Positions 63,395 to 64,000 of a stretch of DNA of 64,000 nt are shown here, one piece after another (positions within the stretch are counted from its first letter, which is position 1; every line of letters begins with the position of its first letter). The translations under genes and the position numbers were made by a program. The DNA comes from Amphiscolops sp. MND2022. Its lineage: Eukaryota. The notes beneath the pieces are model-generated. The model searched no databases. It saw nothing but the letters and a program-made list of their open reading frames with translations, and was not told the origin of the DNA. The stretch is taken from NCBI GenBank assembly GCA_964187785.1, contig OZ076417.1, positions 52,452,001 to 52,516,000 on the forward strand, given 5' to 3'.

Positions 63395-64000
63395 TTAATA
63401 TCTGTAAGAGTCTGAGAAGTTTGGGTTAGGGTTAGGGCGTAAGTTGTATTTTTCACCACGAGTATTTATGGGTTCTTCTTGCAATGGGGTATTTTGTGAA
63501 ATTTCTGGAGTTTTTTGGGTTTGTGTATCTGGTGTCTTTTCTTTTGGGGTTTTTTGGGAGATTTCTGTATCATTATCTTGGGATTTCTTGTTGGATTTCA
63601 TCATAATTTTCTTCTTTGCGTTCAGTTGACTGTTCCACTGGGCTCCCCCCATTGTTTTTTGGAAATTCGAGGGAGGGAGGGTGGTTATTTTCAGGTGCAT
63701 CAACAGATACGTATTCAATATCATCAGTGTTCTGTGTATGATCCGGAGGGCTGTCCTCGAAGGGATTAGGTCCAAAATTTGTGTTCCATGATTGAGCATA
63801 TAAGTCATCATGAGCCACTGGCATTTGATCATCTTTTTGCCAATCGGATTCTTGGACAAAAATGTCAGCTGAAGGTGCGTGCGGTGTAAATTTCCTCAAC
63901 CGAATTCGGTGTAAGAGTTGTGTTTTGTTTGTTCCTAGTCTCCTAACTATGTAATTGTTGTTAGGAAGGACTTTTTCAACCTTGTAAGGACCCTGACATC
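63395..64000 (-). pseudogene. C-terminal tail of the gypsy pol polyprotein (frameshifted)
   Basis: ORFs 63573-63899 and 63395-63859 join: FTPHAPSADIFVQESDW...GGSPVEQSTE...KYNLRPNPNPNFSDSYRY. Confidence 0.7.

Larger units (their letters stand above)
54651..64000 (-). mobile_element. 3' part of a large Ty3/gypsy-type LTR retrotransposon with an extended pol-to-3'LTR accessory region (continues beyond the window)
   Basis: Pol tail at 63395-64000 ends KYNLRPNPNPNFSDSYRY*, homologous to the tail in 41758-46098. The 3' LTR (54651-56307) has the same termini type (TGTCGCAG...GATTATCACA). About 7 kb lies between them. Confidence 0.8.

Noticed and set aside
1-64000. rRNA, tRNA, prokaryotic operons or defence systems
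   Set aside because: No such sequences recognised; spliceosomal introns, LINEs and LTR elements indicate eukaryotic nuclear DNA.

Overview
AT-rich eukaryotic (invertebrate-like) genomic DNA made almost entirely of nested transposable elements. No rRNA, tRNA or CRISPR array was found. Contents in order: (1) a solo-like LTR carrying a frameshifted ORF (903-2261), with a truncated relative at 24.5-25.1 kb; (2) a hAT MITE (4235-4760) and an internally deleted hAT (26800-28002), both with 8-bp TSDs; (3) a decayed minus-strand Ty3/gypsy element (5.7-10 kb) and a young, nearly intact copy of the same family (13130-19010: 253-bp LTRs, GGTAT TSD, one nonsense codon, WLDD RT motif, extra domain between RNase H and integrase); (4) LINE fragments (11-13 kb, 24.3 kb, 49-52 kb), the last with SGNH, PHD, RRM, CCHC and APE modules; (5) an old gypsy relic (29.8-35.5 kb) followed by about 5 kb of unassigned decayed coding sequence containing a 300-bp near-perfect palindrome; (6) a non-autonomous LTR element with a CGAGT TSD (41758-46098); (7) an open exon resembling HYD1-type ADP-ribosyltransferase toxins (47849-48319); (8) the 3' half of a large LTR retrotransposon (54651 to beyond 64000). 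In that last element an ORF sits inside the LTR, and the region between pol and the 3' LTR carries sense accessory ORFs plus an antisense, five-exon zinc-finger gene. All calls come from manual reading and translation with no database searches. Boundaries without a TSD are approximate.
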